64,000 nt of DNA from Oscillospiraceae bacterium. Its GTDB lineage: Bacteria > Bacillota > Clostridia > Oscillospirales > Acutalibacteraceae. The stretch covers positions 30,057 to 94,056 of the forward strand of contig JAITDE010000018.1 of the NCBI GenBank assembly GCA_031282735.1. Reading direction: 5' to 3'. The position numbers and the translations under genes were made by a program. The number at the start of each line of letters is the position of its first letter. Within the stretch, counting starts at the first letter, position 1. Below, piece by piece: positions 54,957 to 63,885 of the stretch. The notes beneath the pieces are model-generated. The model was given only the letters and a program-made list of their open reading frames with translations. It was not told where the DNA came from and did not search any database.

Positions 54957-56832
54957 AAGCGGCAAAAGTCTTTTTGCTTACTTTTTCTTCAGAAAAAGTA
55001 GACGCAATCAGCAACGCGGTTATATCGGCGGGGTTAACGCCCGAAATCCGCGCTGCGCCGCCTATGGTTTCGGGACGGGCGGCTTGCAGACGTTGCCGCG
55101 CTTCGGTGCGCAGGGACGCCACTTTTTCATAATCGAAATCCTGCGGAATCGGCAAATCGTTGAGCCGCTCCGCTTCGCGCATTTGAGCTTGCTGACGCTT
55201 GATGTATCCGTCATATTTGAGACAATTTTCAACTTCTTCAAAAATTTCAGGCGCATAAGCGGGACGGGTTGGATCGAAAGCTTGCAGATCCGCATAGCGC
55301 AATTGGGGACGGCGCAGAAGTTCCGCAAGTTTGCATCCCGTTTGCAGCGGCGCGGTATTTTGCCGTGCCAATAGGGCGTTCAGGTCGGCGGACGGCGCAA
55401 TGCTGGTCGATTCCGCGCGCTTGCGTTCTTGCTCAATTTGACGGATTTTTTCATCCAACCGCGCTTTTTTTTCGTCCGAAACCAAACCGATGGCATGACC
55501 AATCGGCAAGAGACGTTGATCGGCCGTTCCATGGCGCAGCAGCAAACGGAATTCCGAACGTGAGGTCATCATGCGATAGGGTTCGGTGCATCCTTTGTGG
55601 ACCAAGTCGTCAATCATTGTGCCGATATAAGACGACGCGCGGGGCAAAACGAGCGGTGTTTTCCGCTGTGCGAAACGCGCCGCGTTGATCCCCGCGATCA
55701 ATCCCTGCGCGGCGGCTTCTTCATAGCCGCTTGAGCCGTTGAACTGCCCCGCGCCGAACAATCCATCCAAATCACGGAACTGCAAAGTCGGGCGCAAGAT
55801 CAGCGGATCGACGCAATCATATTCAATCGCGTAAGCGACGCGCGTTATTTGCGCGTTTTCAAGCCCCGGAATCGTGCGCAAAAAAGCGGATTGCACATCT
55901 TCGGGAAGCGACGACGACAGACCCTGCAAATACACCTCACGTGTGCGCAATCCACAGGGTTCTAAAAAAACAGGATGCCGCTGCTTATCAGGAAACCGCA
56001 CCATTTTGTCCTCAATACTGGGGCAATAGCGCGGACCGACGCCTTTGATTTCGCCCGAAAATAAAGGCGATCGGTGGAGATTGTTCATGATCACACGCCG
56101 GGTTTCGGGTGTGGTGTATGTCAAATGGCAGGCGGTTTGCTGGGTTGGTTTGTCGGATGTTCCAAACGTGAAACAAACCGCCGCGTCGTCGCCGTCCTGC
56201 CGCTCAGTTTTTGAAAAATCAATGCTGTTTTTGTGCACACGCGGCGGCGTTCCTGTTTTAAAGCGGCGAAGCGGAATCGAGAGAGCCTCTAACGAATCCG
56301 ATAGCGTTGCGGCGGGAGGCATACCGTCAGGTCCCGCGCTGTAGTGCAAATTGCCCACATGAACCATCCCGCGCAAAAAAGTGCCCGTCGCAAGCACGAC
56401 ACTTTTTGTTTTGTAGCAAGTGCCTGTGCGGATTGTAACCATCCAATTTGCGCCGTTTTGGGCGAGCGCGATCGCTTCCGCTTGACGAATTTCGAGATTT
56501 TCTTGACGTTCCAAACCGTATTTCATGGCGTCGGCGTAGGCGCGGCGGTCAATTTGCGCGCGGGGGCTTTGCACCGCGGGTCCTTTGCCGAGGTTGAGCA
56601 TACGGCACTGAATGGCGGTTTTGTCCGCAACGATTGGCATTTCACCGCCAAGGGCGGCGATCTCACGCACCAAATGTCCCTTGCAGCTGCCGCCGATGGA
56701 AGGATTGCACGGCATATTGCCGACCCAATCCAAATTGATCGTCAACACCAGTGTGCGGCAACCCAATCGCGCGGCGGCAAGTGCGGCCTTAATTCCCGCG
56801 TGTCCCGCGCCGATGACAATCACGTCAAACAA
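54940..56832 (-). CDS. mnmG: tRNA uridine-5-carboxymethylaminomethyl modification enzyme MnmG (GidA)
   Basis: FDVIVIGAGHAG..., the family-wide conserved core and RISGVNPADI near the C-terminus. TTG start 56832 lies behind GGAG. The tail STFSEEKVSKKTFAASRDHF comes from the repeat element. Confidence 0.93.
   Translation of the reverse strand: MFDVIVIGAGHAGIKAALAAARLGCRTLVLTINLDWVGNMPCNPSIGGSCKGHLVREIAALGGEMPIVADKTAIQCRMLNLGKGPAVQSPRAQIDRRAYADAMKYGLERQENLEIRQAEAIALAQNGANWMVTIRTGTCYKTKSVVLATGTFLRGMVHVGNLHYSAGPDGMPPAATLSDSLEALSIPLRRFKTGTPPRVHKNSIDFSKTERQDGDDAAVCFTFGTSDKPTQQTACHLTYTTPETRRVIMNNLHRSPLFSGEIKGVGPRYCPSIEDKMVRFPDKQRHPVFLEPCGLRTREVYLQGLSSSLPEDVQSAFLRTIPGLENAQITRVAYAIEYDCVDPLILRPTLQFRDLDGLFGAGQFNGSSGYEEAAAQGLIAGINAARFAQRKTPLVLPRASSYIGTMIDDLVHKGCTEPYRMMTSRSEFRLLLRHGTADQRLLPIGHAIGLVSDEKKARLDEKIRQIEQERKRAESTSIAPSADLNALLARQNTAPLQTGCKLAELLRRPQLRYADLQAFDPTRPAYAPEIFEEVENCLKYDGYIKRQQAQMREAERLNDLPIPQDFDYEKVASLRTEARQRLQAARPETIGGAARISGVNPADITALLIASTFSEEKVSKKTFAASRDHF
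54951..55001 (-). repeat. Hairpin repeat family, copy B
   Basis: Minus strand reads CTACTTTTTCTGAAGAAAAAGTAAGCAAAAAGACTTTTGCCGCTTCGCGCG. Encodes the last residues of MnmG. Confidence 0.85.
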
Positions 56833-56863
56833 GGCGAATCTCCTTTTTTTGAAACTATATTTT

Positions 56864-58234
56864 TTATTTCCCCACACAAAAACTGCGAAAAACCTCATCT
56901 ACAACGGCAACCGACGCCCGTTCCCCCGTGAGAACAAAAAGTGCCTGGATTGCGTCTTCAAGGCAGATTTGCAACGCGTCGTAGGTCAAATCGGATTCCA
57001 AACAGGCGGTGCAGTCGTCCAAATACGCAACGGCGGATTTTACCGCGTCAATCTGCCGTTCGGTGCTTAAGATTGGTTCGTCCGGCAGAACATCTTCGGC
57101 CGCAAAAAGATTTTCGATCGCGTCTGTCAGCGCGTCAAGCCCAATTCGTCGGGTAGCGGAAATTTCAACAACGGTATGTTCACGTAAAACGGATCGGTCA
57201 AATTGCGCGGGAAGATCCGTTTTGTTGAGCAAAACGATGGTGTGCGGCGTTTTGTAGGTGTGAAGCAATGTCAAATCGTCGGATGTCGCGGCACGGGAAG
57301 CGTCCATCAAAAGCAAAATGAGCGCGGCATTGTCGGCGGCTTGCCGGCTGCGGACGACGCCGAGACGTTCCGCCGTGTTTCCTGTGTCGCGCACGCCTGC
57401 GGTGTCGGTCAGGCGCAAAGAAAATTGCCCAAGCAAGGCAAGCTCTGTAACCGTATCGCGCGTTGTGCCCGCCTCGTCGGTGACAATCGACCGTTCAAAG
57501 CCGAGCAGGAGGTTCATCAACGTGGATTTGCCAACGTTCGGGCTGCCGAGCAAAACGGTTGGTATACCGCCCATCAGCGGTGCAAGCGCGTTACTGCGGC
57601 GTATAAGTTGCGTGAGTTTGCCGCGAACGCTATCAATTAGACGTGTCATTTGCTCTTTTGAGGGCAATTGGGTGTCTTCGTCCGGGTCGTCCATCCAAAC
57701 GGATAATTGCGCGGCAAGCACGACAAGTTGATTGCGCAAGCAGGCAATTTCCGCCGAAAGCGCACCTGCCATTGTCGCGTTGGCGGCGCGTAGGGTTTGC
57801 TCCGTTTGGGCTTGTATGAGTTGCAAAACGCTTTCGGCTTGCGCGAGATCCATTTTTCCCGCGCGAAACGCGCGCTGTGTGAATTCGCCGGGCTTCGCCA
57901 AACGCGCGCCTGCGGCAAGCACGGCTTGCAGAACGTTTTGCAACACCCGTATACCGCCATGGCATTGGAATTCCGCAACGTCTTCGGACGTATAGCTGCG
58001 CGGTGCGCAAAAGACGAGGCAGATTGCCTCGTCCACACGCGCGTTTCCCGTCATTTCCGCCGTTTGAAGTGTGCCGTATGCCGCTTTTGGGGAATGCGAA
58101 CGCGCCCAGATGCTTTGATTTTTCGTGCGGAAAAGCGATTTTGCAATCGAAAACGCGTCGTCGCCGCTGATGCGCACAATGCCGATTCCCCCGGGCGCAT
58201 GGGGTGTCGAAATGGCCGCAATGGTGTCTGTCAT
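56864..58234 (-). CDS. mnmE: tRNA modification GTPase MnmE (TrmE)
   Basis: DTIAAISTP, GSPNVGKSTL, DTAG and the C-terminal FCVGK motif. Confidence 0.95.
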   Translation of the reverse strand: MTDTIAAISTPHAPGGIGIVRISGDDAFSIAKSLFRTKNQSIWARSHSPKAAYGTLQTAEMTGNARVDEAICLVFCAPRSYTSEDVAEFQCHGGIRVLQNVLQAVLAAGARLAKPGEFTQRAFRAGKMDLAQAESVLQLIQAQTEQTLRAANATMAGALSAEIACLRNQLVVLAAQLSVWMDDPDEDTQLPSKEQMTRLIDSVRGKLTQLIRRSNALAPLMGGIPTVLLGSPNVGKSTLMNLLLGFERSIVTDEAGTTRDTVTELALLGQFSLRLTDTAGVRDTGNTAERLGVVRSRQAADNAALILLLMDASRAATSDDLTLLHTYKTPHTIVLLNKTDLPAQFDRSVLREHTVVEISATRRIGLDALTDAIENLFAAEDVLPDEPILSTERQIDAVKSAVAYLDDCTACLESDLTYDALQICLEDAIQALFVLTGERASVAVVDEVFRSFCVGK

Positions 58235-58250
58235 GTGATCTCCATTCCTT

Positions 58251-58300
58251 CTTCTTTTCTTGAAAGAAAAGAAGCAAAAGAACTTTTGCCGCTTCGCGCG
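58251..58300 (+). repeat. Hairpin repeat family, copy C (in mnmE 5' UTR, opposite orientation to the gene)
   Basis: CTTCTTTTCTT-GA-AAGAAAAGAAG-CAAAAGAACTTTTGCCGCTTCGCGCG. Confidence 0.8.
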
Positions 58301-58379
58301 TCAGCCGAAACCTATGCGATTCAAAATCACACATATCGTGTAATCAATAGTAACACAAATCCAAATTTTTGTCAATCTA

Positions 58380-59873
58380 TCAAGCAATCTTTTGTTCGGA
58401 TCGTTTTGACGTAATTGTGCTCACTGTAAAACACACGGCAAGTGAAATACACATTGCCGTCACCGCAAACTGCGTGCCGTAACCCGCCAACGTGCAGATC
58501 GTGTCGTTCGCAAGCCCCGCAACATCAAGAATTTTGCATACAGCGGGCACAAGCGCAATCGTGAAGCCTGTGAGCGCCGAACTCCACGCGCCGGTTTTGT
58601 TGGTCTTTTTGTAATAGAGCGACAGTAAATAGGGCGCCAAAAACGAACTGGAGATAATCCCCCACGAATAGCTCATCAAATCCAAAATCGGCGTTTGGCT
58701 ATTGGCGACAAAATACGAAATCAGAACAAAAACAAGGCAAACGAGCTTTGTTGAACGTTTTAGCTTTTGGTCGGACGTCTTGGGATGGACGACTTTCCAA
58801 AAATCCAGCACGATGGTGGAACTTGCCGTCAATGTGACGGAACACAGCGTTGAAATGGACGCGGCCAGCAGCAAAACAATCACGACACCCAACAAAACGG
58901 ATGAAATTTGCGCTTTTTCCAGCATCGTCGGCACGATGTAATCTTTGAACGTTTTGCCGAAAGTGGATTGCATTGTGCCAAAATCGGCCTTGCTGAAAAA
59001 CAAATGGCACAGCGATCCGATAAAATATCCGCCGCCGGCGACCAAAAGAGCAAAAAAAGTGGATATCACAATGCCTCTTTTTGCTTGCGCGTTGCTGCGG
59101 ATACCGAAAAATTTTTGGATCATGTGCGGCAATCCCCACGTGCCGAAGCTTGTCATGAGCACCAGCGACGACAACGCCCACCACTCCTTGCCGCTGAGCT
59201 TTGGCAAGCCTTCCGCGGTTTTCGCGTATTCGATAATGCCGTCGACACCGCCGACCGTTTGTGTGCGCACGACAAAAAAGATGAGCATCGCCACGCCGAA
59301 TATCATGATGATGCCTTGCACAAAATCAGCCCGTGCCTGCACAAGATAGCCGCCGAGGAGAAGCAACAGCGCGGCGACCACGGCGATGATAATCATGAAT
59401 ATTGTGTCGTCGATGCCGAGCAAAATGCTTGCCAGCGATCCAAGCCCTTTGTAGACAGACGCGGAGTAAGGAATCAAAAACACAAAAATGACGATGCAGG
59501 AAAACAGACGCATCGCTTTGCTGTTGTAGCGCTTTTCCAAAAATTCCGGCATGGTGTGCAGATTATATTCCGCCGCAATGGCGCGTGTGCGCCGCGCAAG
59601 CACCATCCACGCGAGCAGCGAGCCGAACACCATGTTGCCAAGCCCCGCCAAAACGCCCCACAACCCAAAACTATAGCCCGCCGAACCCGCGTAGCCGACA
59701 AACATCACCGCCGAAAAATACGCGGTGCCGTAGCTTAAAGCCGAAAGCCAAGCGCCCGCCTGACGACCTCCCACTGTCAAATCCGCCACGCTTTTGCTGC
59801 TGCGAGAACCCAACACCGCAACCACAACCAACGCGACGATGTAAACCGCAATCGTTACCCACATACCCAACAT
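58380..59873 (-). CDS. Sodium:solute symporter family (SSF) transporter
   Basis: 497 aa with ~13 TM segments and an SSF-typical N-terminal region (GGRQAGAWLSALSYGTAYFSAVMFVGYAG). Confidence 0.85.
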   Translation of the reverse strand: MLGMWVTIAVYIVALVVVAVLGSRSSKSVADLTVGGRQAGAWLSALSYGTAYFSAVMFVGYAGSAGYSFGLWGVLAGLGNMVFGSLLAWMVLARRTRAIAAEYNLHTMPEFLEKRYNSKAMRLFSCIVIFVFLIPYSASVYKGLGSLASILLGIDDTIFMIIIAVVAALLLLLGGYLVQARADFVQGIIMIFGVAMLIFFVVRTQTVGGVDGIIEYAKTAEGLPKLSGKEWWALSSLVLMTSFGTWGLPHMIQKFFGIRSNAQAKRGIVISTFFALLVAGGGYFIGSLCHLFFSKADFGTMQSTFGKTFKDYIVPTMLEKAQISSVLLGVVIVLLLAASISTLCSVTLTASSTIVLDFWKVVHPKTSDQKLKRSTKLVCLVFVLISYFVANSQTPILDLMSYSWGIISSSFLAPYLLSLYYKKTNKTGAWSSALTGFTIALVPAVCKILDVAGLANDTICTLAGYGTQFAVTAMCISLAVCFTVSTITSKRSEQKIA

Positions 59874-59935
59874 TGTTCTGCTCCTTACACTCTATTGCTT
59901 TACCGCTTGAAAGCGTTAAAGCGTCCGTTGCATCT

Positions 59936-59964
59936 ATTATACACCGAAATTTAACAGCTGTCAA
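59936..59964 (-). promoter_or_regulatory. Promoter of the symporter gene
   Basis: Minus strand has TTGACA, a 17-nt spacer and TATAAT. Confidence 0.55.
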
Positions 59965-60055
59965 GCTTTTAACGGAACTTTCCAAATTGTGGATGCGCAT
60001 AAATTGCACTTTTTTGTCGATTTCGCGTTCGATTTGCGGTCAATTGAATTTACAG

Positions 60056-60084
60056 TTGACACAACGGTCAATACTATGTATAAT
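60056..60084 (+). promoter_or_regulatory. Promoter of the CNNM/CorC-mreB unit
   Basis: TTGACA, a 17-nt spacer and TATAAT. Confidence 0.55.
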
Positions 60085-60130
60085 AAAACCGCGTATATTA
60101 TTATTTAAAAAGCGAAGGAGCATTTCCGTT

Positions 60131-61525
60131 ATGCAACCCGATCCTGACCCTGACCCTGCAAATTTGTTGGCACAGATCCTGCTGTTGTTTTTGCTCATCC
60201 TCATCAACGCCTTTTTTGCCATGAGCGAAATTGCCGTCATATCTCTCAACCAAACCAAAATTGACCGCATGGCGGCGGACGGAAACAAACGTGCGCGGCG
60301 CATCCAAAAACTCACCGAAAGCACGGGGCGTTTTTTGTCCATGATTCAAATCGGTGTTACGCTCGCCGGCTTTTTGGCGTCCTCCAGCGCGGCGCAAATT
60401 TTCGTGCTGCGGATCGAAAGCCTTTTGCGTCCCATCCTATCCGCCCGGTTCCATAACATCTTGACGGGCACGGCGACCCTTTTGGTCACGCTGTTGATTT
60501 CTTATTTGTCATTGGTGTTCGGCGAACTCGTGCCGAAACGCGTCGCCATGAAGTATCCCGAACGCATCTCGCTCAAAATTGCGGGTGCGCTGGCGTTTTG
60601 TTCCGTCTTGCTCCGCCCGTTGGTTTGGGCGGTGTCCTCCGGCGCGAACAGGGTGCTCCGCCTGATTGGGATCGATCCCCATGCCGACGACGAAACCGTG
60701 ACCGAAGAAGACATTCGTCTGATGGTGGATGAGGGCACTGAAATCGGCGTGATCGAAAAAACGCAGAACGTGATGATCAACAATATTTTTGAGTTTGACG
60801 ACATCGACGCGGGGGATATCATGACGCACCGCACCGACATCGTCGCCGTGGAAGCGGACGACGCACTCGAAAAAGTGATCGCCTGCGCCATTGAAGAGGG
60901 TTGCTCTCGCATTCCCGTCTATGAGCAGGACATCGATAAAATCATCGGTATTGTTTATGTGAAAGATTTGCTCAAATTTATTGGGCGCACGTTGCCGGAG
61001 GAGCAATCCCTGCGCAGTGTAATGCGCGAACCGCAGTTTGTGCCCGAAAGCAAAAGCTGCGGCGAATTGTTCCAGCAAATGACCGCCAAGCACATTCAAA
61101 TTGCGGTTGTGGTGGACGAATACGGCGGCACGGCGGGGCTTGTGACGTTGGAAGACGTGATTGAATCCATCGTCGGCAATATTCAGGACGAATACGACGA
61201 CGAAGAAGAGGAAATCTGCCGCATCGACGACCATACCTTTTCGCTGGACGGCGCGACGGACATTGAGGAGATCGAAACGCTGACGGGCACGGCGCTGCCG
61301 GAAGGGGAATATGACACCATCGCGGGCTTTGTGATTCACCAATTGGGTTATTTGCCCGGCGAATCGGAGCGTCCCGTTGTGGAATATGAAAACCTACGGT
61401 TTTGCGTGGAAGCGGTGGAAGACAAACGTCTCGCGCGCATTCAGGTGGAAATTTCAAAGAAAATTGCGGCGGAAGATCAGCAACGCTTGGGAGAGACGCA
61501 TGGCAAGTTTGCAAATCGGGATTGA
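60131..61525 (+). CDS. CNNM/HlyC/CorC-family protein (DUF21 + CBS pair + CorC_HlyC)
   Basis: ATG 60131 lies behind GAAGGAG. Motifs: LLLFLLILINAFFAMSEIA, the CBS region and the C-terminal transporter-associated domain. Confidence 0.88.
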   Translation: MQPDPDPDPANLLAQILLLFLLILINAFFAMSEIAVISLNQTKIDRMAADGNKRARRIQKLTESTGRFLSMIQIGVTLAGFLASSSAAQIFVLRIESLLRPILSARFHNILTGTATLLVTLLISYLSLVFGELVPKRVAMKYPERISLKIAGALAFCSVLLRPLVWAVSSGANRVLRLIGIDPHADDETVTEEDIRLMVDEGTEIGVIEKTQNVMINNIFEFDDIDAGDIMTHRTDIVAVEADDALEKVIACAIEEGCSRIPVYEQDIDKIIGIVYVKDLLKFIGRTLPEEQSLRSVMREPQFVPESKSCGELFQQMTAKHIQIAVVVDEYGGTAGLVTLEDVIESIVGNIQDEYDDEEEEICRIDDHTFSLDGATDIEEIETLTGTALPEGEYDTIAGFVIHQLGYLPGESERPVVEYENLRFCVEAVEDKRLARIQVEISKKIAAEDQQRLGETHGKFANRD

Positions 61526-62546
61526 TTTGGGTACGACGTCTATTTTGATCCACGTAAAAGGAAAAGGCATCGTTTTGCAGGAAGCCTCCATTGCCGCGTT
61601 GGACGCTGTGACGGGGGACGTGCTGGCACTGGGCAACCGCGTCTATCAAATGGTGGGTCGCAACCCCGATTCCCTGCGCGTCGTGCACCCCATGCGCGAC
61701 GGCGTGATTTCGGATTTCACGGTGATCCACGCCATGATCGCGTATTATATCAAAAAAATCTGCGGCAACCGATTGCTCAAGCCAAGCGTGATGATTTGCA
61801 TGCCGGCATCCGTGACGGGTTTGGAGCGCAACACCATTTTGGAGCTTGCCATCGCGGCGGGTGCGGCGCGGGTTTGTCTTGTGGAAGAACCCTTTGCGGC
61901 GGCTCTGGGCGCGGGCTTGAACATCGCTTCGCTGGGCGGGCAAATGATTGTTGATATCGGCGGCGGCACGACGGATGTCGCGGTCATCACGATGGGATCA
62001 ATTGTCCTCTCGCGCAGCGGCAAATCGGCCGGCAACAAACTCAACGAATCCATTCAACGCTATTTGCGCCGCGAACGGCACATGATTGTGGGTGATTTGA
62101 CGGCGGAGACCATCAAAAAAAAGGTTGGATTCGCTCGCTTGCACTCCCCTGAATTGGGCATCATGGTGCGCGGGCAAAACTACATTACCCGCATGCCCGT
62201 TTGCAATGAAGTCACATCCACGCAAGCCTATTTGGCCATGCGCGAAACAATCGGAGAGATGATTTCGGTCGTTCGCCGTGTATTTGAAGAAACGCCGCCC
62301 GAAATGGCGGGGGATATTTTAGACCAAGGTATTGTGCTCACGGGAGGTGGATCGCTTTTGCGCGATTTTGACGCGGTATTGCACCTTGAAACGGGATTGC
62401 ATGTGCGCGTTGCGCGCGATCCGATTGAATGCGTCGCCCGCGGTATGGGGCTGATGATGGAACACAATTCCATTTTGGAGGGCAACAATTATTACTACCG
62501 CACGGATGACGACATCGGTGAATACGCACGCAACCGTGCGTTGTGA
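61500..62546 (+). CDS. mreB: Actin-like rod-shape protein MreB/Mbl
   Basis: IGIDLGTTSILIHVKGKGIVLQEAS, DIGGGTTDVAV and LTGGGSLLRDFD. The start overlaps the preceding gene by 26 nt. Confidence 0.9.
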   Translation: MASLQIGIDLGTTSILIHVKGKGIVLQEASIAALDAVTGDVLALGNRVYQMVGRNPDSLRVVHPMRDGVISDFTVIHAMIAYYIKKICGNRLLKPSVMICMPASVTGLERNTILELAIAAGAARVCLVEEPFAAALGAGLNIASLGGQMIVDIGGGTTDVAVITMGSIVLSRSGKSAGNKLNESIQRYLRRERHMIVGDLTAETIKKKVGFARLHSPELGIMVRGQNYITRMPVCNEVTSTQAYLAMRETIGEMISVVRRVFEETPPEMAGDILDQGIVLTGGGSLLRDFDAVLHLETGLHVRVARDPIECVARGMGLMMEHNSILEGNNYYYRTDDDIGEYARNRAL

Positions 62547-62584
62547 GCCGGCTTGGCATCCAAACAGGGGTGGGAGCGCAAAAA

Positions 62585-62614
62585 CACAGCCCGTGAAAAT
62601 TTTCACGGGCTGTG
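62585..62614. terminator. Bidirectional terminator between mreB and feoA
   Basis: CACAGCCCGTGAAAA/TTTTCACGGGCTGTG. Confidence 0.6.
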
Positions 62615-62635
62615 ACCTTTAACGTACGTACGCAA

Positions 62636-62857
62636 TCATATCATGATTTTGTTTGCCATCTCGCGGCTGATTGCCACACGGGATTCTTTGACGCTCACAA
62701 TCACGTTGCCGCCCAATTGGGTAATCACCGTTACAATACTGCCAACAACAAACCCCAGGTTTTCAAGATGCTTGCGCATTTCGGGTTGTCCGCCTATTTT
62801 TTTTACCGAATGCTGTTCCCCAACACCCGCCATCGTCAAGGGCATCATGATCACCAT
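62636..62857 (-). CDS. feoA: FeoA-family small protein
   Basis: 73 aa SH3-like FeoA pattern (LTMAGVGEQHSVKKIGG...LENLGFVVGSIVTVI...). No feoB is adjacent. Confidence 0.8.
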   Translation of the reverse strand: MVIMMPLTMAGVGEQHSVKKIGGQPEMRKHLENLGFVVGSIVTVITQLGGNVIVSVKESRVAISREMANKIMI

Positions 62858-62911
62858 CCTCCGTCGCGTTTGCAGTTAGTCAAAACAAACATATAAATAT
62901 AAACACAAGCC

Positions 62912-62941
62912 ACCAGTAGTTAGCAATTGCTAACTACTGGT
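62912..62941. promoter_or_regulatory. 30-bp perfect palindrome (candidate repressor operator) abutting the feoA -10 box
   Basis: ACCAGTAGTTAGCAA/TTGCTAACTACTGGT, verified base by base. Confidence 0.6.
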
Positions 62942-62970
62942 AGTATAGCATGCGTTTGCACGGTTGTCAA
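62942..62970 (-). promoter_or_regulatory. Promoter of feoA
   Basis: Minus strand has TTGACA, a 17-nt spacer and TATACT. Confidence 0.55.
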
Positions 62971-63036
62971 GAAAAAACGGCAATTTTTTTACATCTTTTT
63001 TCGGCGGTGATGAAGCCGCCGGGTTTGTCTTGGGAG

Positions 63037-63579
63037 TTATTCCGCAGTGGGAACAAGCACGCCGTAACCGCCGTCGCGCCTACGGTAAACCACGCATACA
63101 AGGTCGTTTTCGGCGTTTTGGAAGACGAAAAACTGATGCCCGAGCAAGTTCATTTGCAGGATGGCTTCCTCCACATCAATGGGTTTGCAAGGCACTTGTT
63201 TGATGCGCACAATGTCAAATGATGTTTCTTCCTCCACATGCGGCTCTGCTTCAAAATGCATGGCGGAAAATTGCGTGTTGCGGATTTTGCGCTCCACGCG
63301 CGTTTTGTTTTTGCGCAGTTGCCGAATGAGGACATCCACGCAGTCGTCCAGCGCGTCGTTGATTTGCTGTGCGCGTTCCTCCGCGCGGACGGTGACGCCC
63401 TGATGGGTGACGGTGACCTCCACCACCATTCCGTTCTTCTCCGCCGTTGCTGTGATTTTTGCGGTTGCGAGTTCGCTGTCGCCGCCCAAAAGACGTTCGA
63501 TTTTGGCAAGTTTCTTTTCGGCGTGCGCTTGGAATTGAGGTCCTGCCGCGCATTTGCGCCCGATTACGGTCGTTTTCAT
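63037..63579 (-). CDS. hpf: Ribosome hibernation promoting factor (long HPF)
   Basis: 180 aa. N-terminal RaiA/S30AE domain (VEVTVTHQGVTVRAEE...DVLIRQLRKNK) plus the C-terminal dimerisation domain (EAILQMNLLGHQFFVFQN). Confidence 0.93.
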   Translation of the reverse strand: MKTTVIGRKCAAGPQFQAHAEKKLAKIERLLGGDSELATAKITATAEKNGMVVEVTVTHQGVTVRAEERAQQINDALDDCVDVLIRQLRKNKTRVERKIRNTQFSAMHFEAEPHVEEETSFDIVRIKQVPCKPIDVEEAILQMNLLGHQFFVFQNAENDLVCVVYRRRDGGYGVLVPTAE

Positions 63580-63825
63580 CGTAACGCATCCTTTCGCTTA
63601 TTTTTGCAAGGTATTATTTTGTATCCTTGCATGTTTAGTATAGCACAAAATAGCGGCAAAGTAAATAAATATTTGCTTGCCATTTGTGAATTTTTAGTAA
63701 AATATCAATTATGTTTTTGAATTGAATCGTCATATTTGAAAATCACAGTGCACAAAATATAGTCAGAACGCCGTGATTTACAAAAAAAGGCACATGATGT
63801 TGTGGTTTGTTTTGAAGATTGCCTA

Positions 63826-63854
63826 TTGACTTGCGCAACGCATCGTAGTATACT
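63826..63854 (+). promoter_or_regulatory. Promoter of the last (partial) gene
   Basis: TTGACT, a 17-nt spacer and TATACT. Confidence 0.45.
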
Positions 63855-63885
63855 AGAGGCAAGGAAAAGGAGCGTGAGATACGAT

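Noticed and set aside
59585-60130. 180-codon N-terminal extension of the CNNM/CorC ORF
   Set aside because: It runs antisense through the symporter gene and across two consensus promoters. A strong RBS plus ATG at 60131 begins the conserved DUF21 domain.
61500-61525. 26-nt overlap of mreB with the CNNM gene as a sign of programmed frameshifting or fusion
   Set aside because: The two frames each have complete family domains and mreB has its own ATG. Short overlaps are common in this window.
60978-61943. 321-aa minus-strand ORF antisense to the CNNM/mreB genes, and the similar 277-aa ORF at 60509..61342
   Set aside because: The products are Arg/His-rich with no motifs, and both ORFs overlap two well-supported plus-strand genes.
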